Positions 39,955 to 49,688 of a stretch of DNA of 64,000 nt are shown piece by piece. Below the pieces are notes generated by a model. The model did no database searches and was not told where the DNA came from. It was given only the letters and a program-made list of their open reading frames with translations. The position numbers and the translations under genes are program-made. The DNA lies in contig CAVZJB010000006.1 in the NCBI GenBank assembly GCA_963775425.1, positions 96,001-160,000 on the forward strand, given 5' to 3'. The stretch's first letter is position 1; each line of letters begins with the position of its first letter. The DNA is from an uncultured delta proteobacterium. GTDB lineage: Bacteria; Myxococcota; UBA727; VGSZ01.

Positions 39955-42900
39955 TCAGCGCACGAGGACGTTGCCGCGGGCGCCGGTGGGGCCGGTGTTG
40001 CCCGCGGAGCTGCCGCCGGTGCCGGCGTTGCCGAGGACGAAGGTGTTGCCCACCTGCGTGACCGAGGAGCCCCCGACGGACGCGATGCCCCCCGACGGGC
40101 CGCCCGCGCCGCCGCCGCCGTGGCCGCCGCGCCCGCCGTGGCCGCCGTTGCCGCCGCGGGCGCCGTTGCTGCCGTCGTCCTGCTCGCCGCTGCCGCCGTA
40201 GTCGTTGCCGGCGTTGTCGCTGCCGTTCAGGTGCCGGCCCCCGCCGCGCCCGCCTGCGCCGCCGTCCTGCCCGGTGCCGCCCTGGCCGCCGTTGCCGCCG
40301 CCGCCGGTGTTGAGCGTCGACGACGTCACCGTCACCGTCGACGCGAACGCGTAGATGGCGATGCTCGCGCCGCCCGAGCGCCCGCCGCCGCCGTGGACGC
40401 CGCCGCAGCCGCCGGCACCGCCGCCGCCGCCGGCGCCGCCGTAGGAGTCACAGTCGGTCTCGCCGCCCCCGCCGCCGCCGCCGCCGCCTCCGCCTCCGCC
40501 CGCGCCGCCGTCGGTGCCGTTGTGTCCATCCGTGGGAGCGTAGCCGCCGGCGCCGAAGCCGGCCGCGCCCGGCAGGCCGTCGGTGCCCCCCGTTCCGCCG
40601 CCGCCGTCGTGGCCGCACACCTGTAACGACGTCCCCGTGCACGCGCCGGCGTACGAGGCGTTGGACTGGTGCGCCGTCACGCCCTTGCCGCCCGCGCCGC
40701 CGGCGGCGGAGCCCTGGGCGCCGGTGTTGCCGGACTTGCCGGCGCGGCCGCCGTCGCCGCCCGCGTGGCCCGTGCACTGCGGGTTGTCGACGCCGGCGCC
40801 GCCGACGGGCTGGGAGCACGTGTTGCACAAGAACGTGGAGTCCTCGCACCCCTGTTGGCCCTTCTTGCCGTCGGGGCCGGGGGCCGCCGGCGTGCCGCCG
40901 CCGCCCGCGCCGCTCGCGCCGTTGCCGCCGCGGCCGGCGGTGATGGTGGACGAGCGCACCTCGATGGTCGACGACGTGGCGAACAAGCCGTAGGCGCTGC
41001 CGTCGCCGGGAGCGCTCTGTCCGACGAGCTCCACGCGATCGAGGACCACGCCGCCGATGTTGTCGGCGCGCGCGGCCATGGCGCTGTTGACCTGGATGAC
41101 GGCGACGTCACCGTCGTCGCGCTGCCAGTCCGCGCTCGAGTAGCCGCCGAACAGCGACACGCCGTCGGCGAGCGAGAGCGTGCTCGACAGCGTGTAGCTG
41201 CCGCCCGCGACGTACACGTCGAGGCCGCCGAGCGCCGCACGCGCCACCGCGGTGTCGATGTTGCGCAGCGGCGCGTCCGGGGTGCCGGCGTTGCCGTCGT
41301 TGCCGTTGGTGGCGACGAAGACGGCGCCGCCGATGGAGCCGTCGATGCCGTCGCAGTCCTGGTCGGTGAAGGGGGCCGAGGCCTCGGGCAGGTCGGGCCC
41401 GGGGACGACGGTGCACGCGTACTCGCAGCCGTCGGTGCCCGCGGTGCCGAGGTCGCCGTCGAGGTCGACGAAGCCGCCGGCGCAGCTATAGGTGCACTGC
41501 GCGCCGTTTTGCACGACGGTGGTGCCAAAGATGGGGTCGCAGACGTGGCCGGCGCCGACGAGCGAGACCGCCGCCTGCGGCGTGGCGCCGTCGTTGGAGG
41601 CGATGGAGAGCGTGGCCGCCGCCGGCCCGGGGGCGCCGGCGCTGAACGTGACGTCGACGAACAACGACGGGCCGCCGAGCGCCACCGCCGCCGGCAGCGG
41701 CGTGCGCGGCACCGCCGTGAACGACCCGGGCGGGTTGATGGTGAGCCCGGTGACGACGAGGGAGCCGAAGCCGTTGTTGCGGATCTCGAGCGGCAGCGTC
41801 TTTTGCGTGCCGACGTCGATGGTGCCGAAGTCGAGCGCGCTCGCGGGCAGGGCGATCACGGGCTGGATGCCCTGACCGGTGAGATCGACGTCGACGGAGG
41901 GCACGTCGGGGTCGTCGGTGTCGACGCGCAGGGTGGCGGCGTCGACGGCGCCGGTGGGGGCGGGCGGCGCGGTGTAGGTGACGTTCACCGAGAGGTTGGG
42001 GGTGTCGTCGCCCGGGTTTTGGAGCGGGGCGACCTCGGCGGGGAGCGCCGGCAGCGCGAGGGAGAAGCGCGCCGCCGCCGGCCCGGTGACGGAGAGGCCG
42101 GTGACGTGCAGGCGCCCGGGGCCGCCGTTTTTCACGACGAGCGGCAGCGCGCGCCCCGTGCCGACGAACACGTCGCCGAACGCGAGTGTGTCGCCCACCT
42201 GCACGCTCGGCGCGAGCCGCGCCGTGGCCGACAGCGCCGCGGAGGCGACGTCGCCGGCGTCGGAGGCGACGCGCAGGGTGTCGGCGAAGACGTCCTCGGT
42301 CTGCGGCGTGACGGCGACGGTGACCGTAGCCTGGCCCTGGGGCACGAGGACGAGCGGCAGGGCCGGCGCGCTCTGCACGGTCCACGCGGCGGCGCTGGCG
42401 AGCGACACCGACGCCACCGTGACATCGGCGTCGCCCACGTTCTGGACGACGATGTCGCGTGACGACGTGCGGCCGACGAACGCGTTGTCGAAGGCGACGC
42501 TGCCGGGGGTGAGCAGGAGCGCGCCGCTGGTCCCCGTGCCGTGGAGGACGACGTCGTGCTGCACGAGGGCGCCGTCGTCGGCCAAGGTGCCGAGCGTGAA
42601 CGTGGCGGTCTGCGCGCCGCCCGCGGCGGGGGTGAAGGTGGCGTGGACGACGAAGCTGTCGAGGGGGGCGCCGTCGGCGCCGGTGCAGATGCCGCCGGTG
42701 CAGGCGTCGGCGCCGGCGGGGCAGTCGCCGACGCCGCCGGGACAAAAGCCGGTGAACGACGCGAGGAGCGCCGCGTTCGACGACAGGTCGGGGACCGTGA
42801 GCGAGAACGGGCCCGTCGCCGGCGTGAGCGTGGCGGAGGCGACGGTGAGGAGGGAGTCGGAGGCGCCGCGGTTGCGCACGAGGACGTCCACGGACTGCGA

Positions 42901-43590
42901 CGCGCCCACGGGCACCTGGCCGAGGTCGACGTCGGTGACGTCGGGGACGAGGGCGGCGGGATCGGTGGTGATGCTCGGGACGGGGATGCCCTTGAACTCG
43001 GCTCGCAAGGTGACGGACAGGAGGCCGCCCTCGCCGCTGTGGAGCACCTTGAGCTCGGAGACGTCCGGGACGCCGTCGTTGGGGACGTGGGTGAGGAGCA
43101 GGCCGAGCTCGTCCCCGGGCGCGAGGTCCTGTTGCAGGAAGCCGGAGGGCTCGACGCTGAAGGTGCCGGCGTCGTTGTCGTCGATGACGATCTGCAAGAC
43201 CGTGAGCGGCGCGTCGCCCGTGTTCTTGAGCGTGATGTTGCGCTCGACGGGAACGCCGAGGCGCTCGGCGCCGAACTCCACGTCGCCGGGCGGCAGCGCC
43301 TCGAGGACGCCGGCCGGCTCTCCTTCGCCCTCGCCCTCGCCTTCCCCTTCGCCTTCCCCTTCGCCGACGATGACGTCGTCGGGGGGCGCGCAGACGCCGG
43401 CGTTGCACAGCTCGCCGGCGCCGCAGTCGATGTCGAGGACGCACTCCGCCTTGGGCGGCGCCTGGGGAGGCTCGGTACAGCCGTCGCACGAGCCCGCGAG
43501 CGCCGCCGCGAGGAGCGCCGCGAGGAGCGCGAGCTGTTCCGACGTGCGCGTCGCGGAGACGGGCACGGAGCGGGCTCTGGTGGGTGCCAT
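39955..43590 (-). CDS. Large exported protein: GEGEG linker, several ASH/choice-of-anchor-D Ig domains, DUF1565-like region, PGRS-like Gly-rich tail
   Basis: LAGSC lipobox-like; repeated F(G/D)...V.N.G...L.V; DQDCDGIDG; VFVATNGNDGNAGT..AP; GGxGGxGG tail. Confidence 0.85.
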   Translation of the reverse strand: MAPTRARSVPVSATRTSEQLALLAALLAAALAGSCDGCTEPPQAPPKAECVLDIDCGAGELCNAGVCAPPDDVIVGEGEGEGEGEGEGEGEPAGVLEALPPGDVEFGAERLGVPVERNITLKNTGDAPLTVLQIVIDDNDAGTFSVEPSGFLQQDLAPGDELGLLLTHVPNDGVPDVSELKVLHSGEGGLLSVTLRAEFKGIPVPSITTDPAALVPDVTDVDLGQVPVGASQSVDVLVRNRGASDSLLTVASATLTPATGPFSLTVPDLSSNAALLASFTGFCPGGVGDCPAGADACTGGICTGADGAPLDSFVVHATFTPAAGGAQTATFTLGTLADDGALVQHDVVLHGTGTSGALLLTPGSVAFDNAFVGRTSSRDIVVQNVGDADVTVASVSLASAAAWTVQSAPALPLVLVPQGQATVTVAVTPQTEDVFADTLRVASDAGDVASAALSATARLAPSVQVGDTLAFGDVFVGTGRALPLVVKNGGPGRLHVTGLSVTGPAAARFSLALPALPAEVAPLQNPGDDTPNLSVNVTYTAPPAPTGAVDAATLRVDTDDPDVPSVDVDLTGQGIQPVIALPASALDFGTIDVGTQKTLPLEIRNNGFGSLVVTGLTINPPGSFTAVPRTPLPAAVALGGPSLFVDVTFSAGAPGPAAATLSIASNDGATPQAAVSLVGAGHVCDPIFGTTVVQNGAQCTYSCAGGFVDLDGDLGTAGTDGCEYACTVVPGPDLPEASAPFTDQDCDGIDGSIGGAVFVATNGNDGNAGTPDAPLRNIDTAVARAALGGLDVYVAGGSYTLSSTLSLADGVSLFGGYSSADWQRDDGDVAVIQVNSAMAARADNIGGVVLDRVELVGQSAPGDGSAYGLFATSSTIEVRSSTITAGRGGNGASGAGGGGTPAAPGPDGKKGQQGCEDSTFLCNTCSQPVGGAGVDNPQCTGHAGGDGGRAGKSGNTGAQGSAAGGAGGKGVTAHQSNASYAGACTGTSLQVCGHDGGGGTGGTDGLPGAAGFGAGGYAPTDGHNGTDGGAGGGGGGGGGGGGGETDCDSYGGAGGGGGAGGCGGVHGGGGRSGGASIAIYAFASTVTVTSSTLNTGGGGNGGQGGTGQDGGAGGRGGGRHLNGSDNAGNDYGGSGEQDDGSNGARGGNGGHGGRGGHGGGGAGGPSGGIASVGGSSVTQVGNTFVLGNAGTGGSSAGNTGPTGARGNVLVR

Positions 43591-43643
43591 GGGACCTCCG
43601 CCCCTGCAAGGCTAGCAGCCGCGTCGACGACGTCGACCCGGGA

Positions 43644-44453
43644 TCAGCGAAAGGAGGGCGCGGCGGCGCGGGCGATGACGTCATGCAGCGCGTCGAGGCC
43701 GTCCCCGAGGGCGGCGGGTCCCGGCTGCAGGATGAGCTCGCTTTCGATCTCGTGCACGGGGAGCGCCTCGAAGCCGGGGCGCGCGCGGATGGCGGCGGCG
43801 TCGACGCGCTTGCCGCACCAGCTCGCGATGACGACGTCGGGGCGGCGCGCGACGACGTCGGCGACGGTGACGATGCGCCCGGACGCCGCCTGCGACAGGC
43901 GGGTGTGCGCGCACACATCGACGCCGCCGGCGACCTCGACGAGCTCGCTGACCCAGCGGATGCCGCTGATGAGCGGGTCGGGCCACTCCTCGAAGAACAC
44001 CCGGGGCCGCCGCGGGAGCGCGGCGCTGCGCGCGGCGACCTCACGCACGTGCTGCGCCAGCTCGGCGGCGAGCGCCTCGGCCGCCGCGGCCTTGCCGACG
44101 AGCGCGCCGGTCATGCGCACGCACTGCAGGATCTCGGCGACGCTGCGCTGGTTCTGGACCCAGACCGGGACGCCGCGCTTGACGAGCTCGCGGGCGATGT
44201 CGGCCTGCAGGTCGGAGAAGCCGATGACGAGGTCGGGCGAGAGGGCGAGGAGCTTGTCGAAGTTGGCGTCCAGGAAGGAGCTCACCCGCGGCAACGTCGT
44301 CGCCTCGCGTGGCCGCTTCACGAACGCCGACACACCGACGACGACGTCGCCGGCCCCGATGCGAAAGAGCGTCTCGACGGACTCCTCCGTCAAGCACACC
44401 ACCCGCCTCGGAAGCGGCGGCGCGGCCGCGAGCAGCGCGTCGACGTCGTCCAT
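43644..44453 (-). CDS. Cobalamin/iron-complex-binding (BtuF-like helical backbone) protein
   Basis: RRVVCLTEESVETL, PDLVIGFSDLQ, EEWPDP and ILQPGP motifs; no signal peptide. Confidence 0.85.
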   Translation of the reverse strand: MDDVDALLAAAPPLPRRVVCLTEESVETLFRIGAGDVVVGVSAFVKRPREATTLPRVSSFLDANFDKLLALSPDLVIGFSDLQADIARELVKRGVPVWVQNQRSVAEILQCVRMTGALVGKAAAAEALAAELAQHVREVAARSAALPRRPRVFFEEWPDPLISGIRWVSELVEVAGGVDVCAHTRLSQAASGRIVTVADVVARRPDVVIASWCGKRVDAAAIRARPGFEALPVHEIESELILQPGPAALGDGLDALHDVIARAAAPSFR

Positions 44454-44497
44454 GCGCCGACGCTACAGCGCCCCGTCCGCACCCGAAACCGCGGCGG

Positions 44498-47400
44498 CTA
44501 CGCCCGGCGCCGCGCGCGCCACACGTAGAAGGCGGGGACGGCGACGAGGTTCAGCGCGGTCGACGTCACCAGGCCGAAGCACACGATGAACGCCATCGGG
44601 GCCTCGAGCTCGCTGCCCGCCGCCGCCAGCGACGCCGCCAGCGGCAGGAGCCCGAAGAACGCGGCGCCCGCCGTCATCGCGATGGGCACCAGGCGCTCGC
44701 GGGCCGCCTGCAGCACGACAGCCTCCACCTCCGCGCTCGACGTCACCCGGCCCCGCGCGAGGAGCTGGTTTTTGTGCGCGACCAGCATGATGCCGTTGCG
44801 GCTGATGATCCCCGCCAGCGTCACGAAGCCCACCAGGCCCGCCATCGACAGGCCGTCCGGCAACAGGAGCGCGCCCACGACGCCGCCCGCCATCCCCAGC
44901 GGCAACCCGCCGAGGATCACGCCCGCGTCGACGACGGAGCCGAAGGCCATCCACAAAAAAGCGAACAGCGCGCACGTGACGAGCCCCGCGACCAGCGCCA
45001 GGCGCGCGCTCGCCGACCGCCGCTCCACCGCCTGCCCGGCGAGCTGCCACGCGGCGCCCTTCGGCAGCGCGGCGGCGGCCATCACCCGCTCGATGCGCGC
45101 GGCCGCCCCCGACAGCTCCCCCGGCGCCGCGCGCGCGGTGATGGTCACCACGCGCCTGCCGCCCTCGTGGTCGATGCGCGCGGGCTCGGCGCCGTCCTCG
45201 AGGGTCGCCAGCGACGACAGCGGGAGCGCGCTCGCCCCACCGCCGCGGTGGGAGAAGACCGGCAGGTCCGCGAGGCGCTGGCGGCCGCGCCAGCCGTCGC
45301 CGCCGGCGATGACGACGGGGACGCGGAAGCCGCCGGGGGCGTTGGCGTCGGCGACCTCGAGCCCGCGGCGCCAGGCCGCCACCGCGTCGACGACGTCGCC
45401 GCGGCGGACGCCGGCGACGGCGAGCCGCGCGTCGTCGAGGGCGACGTCGGTGGTGGGCACGTCGACGAGCGACGCCGCGCGGGCCGAGCGCACCCCGTCG
45501 ACCGCGGCGAGCCGCGGGAGCAGCGTGCGGGCCGCGCCCCGCAGCGCGTCGAGGTCGTCGCCGAACAGCTTCACCGCGATGGGGGCGCGCTCTCCGGAGA
45601 GCAGCTCGTCGATGCGCTCGCCGAGGAACCCCTCGACGCCGAAGCGCACGCCCGGCACCTCGGCGATGCGATCGCCGACGGCGGCCGCGACCTCGTCGGG
45701 GTCGCCGGCGTCTGCGGGCAGGACGAGATCCATCTCCATGCGGTTCACCGGCGCGGCGTCCTCGTCGAGGGAGGCGCGTCCGGCGTGCACGGCCACGTGC
45801 GGCAACCCCGGCGCGCGGCGCAGCGCGGCGTCGACGCGGGCGCCGAGCGCGGTGGTCTCCTCGAGCGACGTGCCCGGCCACGCCGTGACCTCGGCGATGA
45901 GGACGCCCTCTCGAAATTCGGGCAGGAAGCCGCCGCCGACGAACGGGAGCACGGCGAGCGCGGCCGCGGCGACGACGGCAGCGACCACGACGACGGCGCC
46001 GGGGCGGCGCGCGACGCCGGCGAGCACGCGGTCGTAGCCACGGCGCAGCGCGCGCGCGAGGCGGGTGTCGCCGGCGTCGTGTCCGTCGTGTTCGTCGTGT
46101 TCGTCGTGTCCGTCGTGTCCGGAGGCGATCGCCGGCAGCAAGAGCGCGCTCATCGCCGGCGTCACCGTGAGCGCCACGACGAGCGACGCGGCCACGGCGA
46201 GCGCGTACGTCACCGCGAGCGGAGAGAAGATGCGGCCGGCGAGGCCGCCGAGGAGGATCACCGGGAGGAGCACGACGACGACGATCAACGAGGCGTAGAC
46301 CACGGCGCTGCGGACCTCGGCGGACGCGTCGCGCACGACGTCGAGGGCGGCGCGCGGGACGGCGCTCGCGGCGTTTTCGCGCAGGCGCCGCCAGATGTTC
46401 TCGACGTCGACGATGGCGTCGTCGACGACCTCGCCGACGGCGATGGCGAGGCCGCCGAGGATCATCCCGTTGAGCGTGACGCCGCGAAACAGCAGCACCG
46501 CCGCCGCCGCGAGCACGGACAGCGGGAGCGCCGTGAGGCTCACGGCGGCGAGCCGCGGTGAGCGCAGGAACGAGACGAGCACCACGACGACGAGCAGCGC
46601 GCCGAGGCCCATCGCGCGGGCGAGCGCGACAAGCGACGTGCGGATGAAGTCCGCCTGGCGAAACGTGGGCGCCTGCCGCACGGCGCCCTGAGGCAGCTCG
46701 GCGTCGAGCGCGACCAGCGCGCGCTCCACGGTGGCGGTGAGGCGCGGGGTGTCCGCCCAGGGCAGCTTCTCGATCTGGAGGTACACCGCGGGGTGTCCGT
46801 CGTACAGCGCGCTGCCCACCGGCGGCGCTTCGCCCGCGACGACGTCGGCGACGTCGCCGACGCGCACGGGCAGGCCGTCTGTTTGGCGGATGACGGTGGC
46901 GGCGACGGCGTCGAGGTCGCCGACCTCGAAGAGCGCCTGGGCGCGCACCGGTTGCTGTTGCGCGCCGACGACGACGTGGCCGAGGGGCGCCAGGCTCTGC
47001 GCGCCCGCGAGCGCGTCGCGCAGGTCGGACAGCGTGACGCCGCGCGCGAGCATCACCTCGGGGCGCGGCCGCACCTCGACGCGCGGCGCGCCGCCGCCGT
47101 GGACGGTGACGCGCGCGACGCCTTCGATGGCCTGCAGGCGCGGCGCCGCCTTCCACCGCGCGAAGCGGCGCAGGGCGCGGAGCGCCTCGGGATCGTCGCC
47201 GGGGACGGTGTAGCAGAGCTTGAGGAGCGCCCCGACGGGCGCGGTGATGGGTGCCATCTGCGGCGCCGGCAGCGACGGCGGGAGCCGCTCGCGCGCGGCG
47301 GCGACGCGCTCCGCGACGAGCTGGCGCGCGCGAAACACGTCGACGTCGTCCTCGAAGGTGAGCTGGAGGACGGCCAGCCCCGGCGACGACGTGGAGTGAA

Positions 47401-47653
47401 GGCGCGCGACGTCGGGGATGCCGAGGAGCGCCTGCTCGAGCGGCGTGGTCACGAGGCGCTCGACGGCGGAGGCGTCGAGCCCTTGTGCCTCCGCCTGCAC
47501 GGTGACGAGCGGCGGCGTGAAGTCCGGCAGCGCGTCGAGCCGCGCGTTGCCCGCGGCGAGCACACCGCCGACGACGAGCGCGGCCGCGGCGAAGAGCACG
47601 AGGACGCGGTGCCGGATGGAGCCGCGGATGACGGCGTCGAACAGCGCGTTCAC
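44498..47653 (-). CDS. CusA/CzcA family heavy-metal RND permease
   Basis: LDALPD, VE..VT.PLE, GGLAIAVGEVVDDAIVDVEN, GGFLPEF.EG, GIISRNGI and ERLVPIAMT motifs. Confidence 0.95.
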   Translation of the reverse strand: MNALFDAVIRGSIRHRVLVLFAAAALVVGGVLAAGNARLDALPDFTPPLVTVQAEAQGLDASAVERLVTTPLEQALLGIPDVARLHSTSSPGLAVLQLTFEDDVDVFRARQLVAERVAAARERLPPSLPAPQMAPITAPVGALLKLCYTVPGDDPEALRALRRFARWKAAPRLQAIEGVARVTVHGGGAPRVEVRPRPEVMLARGVTLSDLRDALAGAQSLAPLGHVVVGAQQQPVRAQALFEVGDLDAVAATVIRQTDGLPVRVGDVADVVAGEAPPVGSALYDGHPAVYLQIEKLPWADTPRLTATVERALVALDAELPQGAVRQAPTFRQADFIRTSLVALARAMGLGALLVVVVLVSFLRSPRLAAVSLTALPLSVLAAAAVLLFRGVTLNGMILGGLAIAVGEVVDDAIVDVENIWRRLRENAASAVPRAALDVVRDASAEVRSAVVYASLIVVVVLLPVILLGGLAGRIFSPLAVTYALAVAASLVVALTVTPAMSALLLPAIASGHDGHDEHDEHDGHDAGDTRLARALRRGYDRVLAGVARRPGAVVVVAAVVAAAALAVLPFVGGGFLPEFREGVLIAEVTAWPGTSLEETTALGARVDAALRRAPGLPHVAVHAGRASLDEDAAPVNRMEMDLVLPADAGDPDEVAAAVGDRIAEVPGVRFGVEGFLGERIDELLSGERAPIAVKLFGDDLDALRGAARTLLPRLAAVDGVRSARAASLVDVPTTDVALDDARLAVAGVRRGDVVDAVAAWRRGLEVADANAPGGFRVPVVIAGGDGWRGRQRLADLPVFSHRGGGASALPLSSLATLEDGAEPARIDHEGGRRVVTITARAAPGELSGAAARIERVMAAAALPKGAAWQLAGQAVERRSASARLALVAGLVTCALFAFLWMAFGSVVDAGVILGGLPLGMAGGVVGALLLPDGLSMAGLVGFVTLAGIISRNGIMLVAHKNQLLARGRVTSSAEVEAVVLQAARERLVPIAMTAGAAFFGLLPLAASLAAAGSELEAPMAFIVCFGLVTSTALNLVAVPAFYVWRARRRA
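46076..46120. repeat. 9-bp in-frame tandem repeat x5 encoding GHDGHDEHDEHDGHD
   Basis: gtcgtgtcc/gtcgtgttc units inside the RND gene. Confidence 0.9.
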
Positions 47654-47675
47654 TCCGGCGCCTCGGCGTCGGGTG

Positions 47676-48875
47676 TCACGGAGGAGCCCCCGGCCGCGCG
47701 CCGCCGGCCGCGCCGAGCTCCCCGAGGAGAGCGGCGGCGCCGCGCGCGACGACGGCGTCGCCGCTCGACAGGCCGCTGTAGATGACCGCGCGCAGCTCGT
47801 CGCTCGCGGCGACGTGCACCTTGCGCGGGGCGAAGCGGCCGGCGGCGACCTCGACGAACACGAGCCGCTCGCGCGCGCGCCGGACCACGGCGCGCGCCGG
47901 GACGACGACGCCCGCGACGTCGCGGCGCACCTCGACGGCGACGGTGGCGCCGGGCAGGAGCGCGCCGGCCGCGTCGGGGGGCACCTCGAGGCGGTCGCGG
48001 CGCGTGCCGTCGGCCTGCACGACCAGGCCGCGGCTCAGCAGCGTCGCATCGATGGTGGCGTCGATGCCGCGGACCGCGTACGCGTCGCCGGCGGCGTCGC
48101 CGGGGGGGACGGCCAGGTCGATCCAGCGGGGCCCCGGCTTGACGATGCGCGCGACGACGGCGCCCTGCTCGACGAGCGCGCCGGCGCCGCTTTGCAGCTC
48201 GGCGACGACGCCGCCGGCGGGGGCGCGCAGCTCGACGCGGCCGCCGGTGGTGCGCGCGAGGTCGGCGCCCGCGCGCTGCAGGCTGTCCGCGCGCGCCTGC
48301 TCCCCGGTGAGCTTGGCCTCGGCCTGCGCCCGCTCCGCGTCGGTGGCGAGGCCGGCCTTGACGAGCGCGGTGACGCGCTCGAGGTCGCGCTTGTTGGCGT
48401 CGACCTCGGCGCGCGCGGCGTCGATGCGGCCGGCGAGCTCGTGCTGCTGCGCCTCGAGGCTCGCGCGCGACGCGGCGTCGACGAGGGGCTCGAGCGAGGC
48501 GAGCAGGGCCCGCGCCTCGACGTGCTCCCCGAGGCGCGCGGAGGTGGCGGCCAGGCGCCCCGTGACGGGCGCGACGACGAGCGCGTCCTCCTGAGGGCGG
48601 CCGACGACCTTGCCGAAGCGGAGCGCGCTCGTGGTGAGCGTGCCCTGCGCCGCCGGCGTGGTGAGCAGGCCGAGCGCGGCCCGCTCCTTGTCAGTGAGGA
48701 CCACCGCGCCGCCGGCGTCCACGCGCGAGATGGGGGCGCGCGCCTCTTCGTCGTCATCGTCCTCGTGCGCGCCGCAGCCGGCGCCCGCGACGAGCGCACA
48801 CGCGGCAACGAGCGCCCCCGTGACGGCGGCGGCGGCGGCCGCGCGCAGGGTCACGAAGAGAGCTTCAGGATCCAC
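47676..48875 (-). CDS. RND periplasmic adaptor (membrane fusion) subunit
   Basis: AGC lipobox-like, VVAPVTGR, helical hairpin, LRAPAGGVV, VFVEV..G.F and GLSSGDAVV..GA motifs. Confidence 0.9.
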   Translation of the reverse strand: MDPEALFVTLRAAAAAAVTGALVAACALVAGAGCGAHEDDDDEEARAPISRVDAGGAVVLTDKERAALGLLTTPAAQGTLTTSALRFGKVVGRPQEDALVVAPVTGRLAATSARLGEHVEARALLASLEPLVDAASRASLEAQQHELAGRIDAARAEVDANKRDLERVTALVKAGLATDAERAQAEAKLTGEQARADSLQRAGADLARTTGGRVELRAPAGGVVAELQSGAGALVEQGAVVARIVKPGPRWIDLAVPPGDAAGDAYAVRGIDATIDATLLSRGLVVQADGTRRDRLEVPPDAAGALLPGATVAVEVRRDVAGVVVPARAVVRRARERLVFVEVAAGRFAPRKVHVAASDELRAVIYSGLSSGDAVVARGAAALLGELGAAGGARPGAPP

Positions 48876-48902
48876 GGCGCCTCCACCGGGAGCGTAGCTC
48901 GA

Positions 48903-49552
48903 TCAGCGGAACAGTTGCATGACCTCGAGGACGTAGACGGTGCCCGCGGCGGTATCGTCGTCGACGGACAAGCGCACGTCGGTGCCGCCGTCGATGGCGT
49001 CGACCTCCGTCTGCAGGAAGCCGCGGCTGGCCGAGGCGAGCAGCGTGCCGTCGTAGCTGCCGTCGCGCAGCTCGAGCGTGGCGGTGCGCCCCTCGAACAC
49101 GAGCTCGAGCGCGTAGACACCGCCCGCGGCGAGCTCGGCCTCGTCGAAGTCGGCGGCGGCGTCGCGCACGCCCTCGCGGTTGATGAAGAGCCCGGCGGTG
49201 GCCGAGGCGTCGTCGAGGTCGAGCTCGAAGCCGAGCCCGGGTGCCCCGCCGGCCTCGAACAGCGCGATGCGCGTGGGCGCGGCGGCGTCGACGAGCCGGA
49301 AGCGCATGCGCAGCGTCGTTCGCCGGCTCACGTCAAACGTGACGTCGGTGGGCACCGTGAGGGTGGGCGCCGGCGACGTTGGTCGTAATGGACTCGCGTC
49401 GAGGCGCCCGCTCACCACCATCTGCGCGGCCGACGTGCGGATCTCGAAGGCGCGCGCACCGTCGAGGGCGCCGAGGCCGGCGCGAACGCCGGCGGCGCCG
49501 CCAGCGCCACGACGACGCAGACGAGTTGGAGGGCAGGGGCGAACGGCGACAT
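48903..49552 (-). CDS. Secreted beta-sandwich hypothetical protein, apparent frameshift near 49467
   Basis: Signal peptide MSPFAPALQLVCVVVALA joins LDGARAFEIR... if one base is added to the ggg run at 49466-49468. Confidence 0.55.
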
Positions 49553-49688
49553 GCGGCGCGATGCGACCCCGAGTCTCCGCGTCAGGTACGTGCACATCGC
49601 ACCTCGAGCGAATCGGCGCTCCCGGCCCCGCTCCCGCAAATTGGCCGGAATGACGACGAGGTGGCGGATCGTGGGCTAACGTCCCCGC

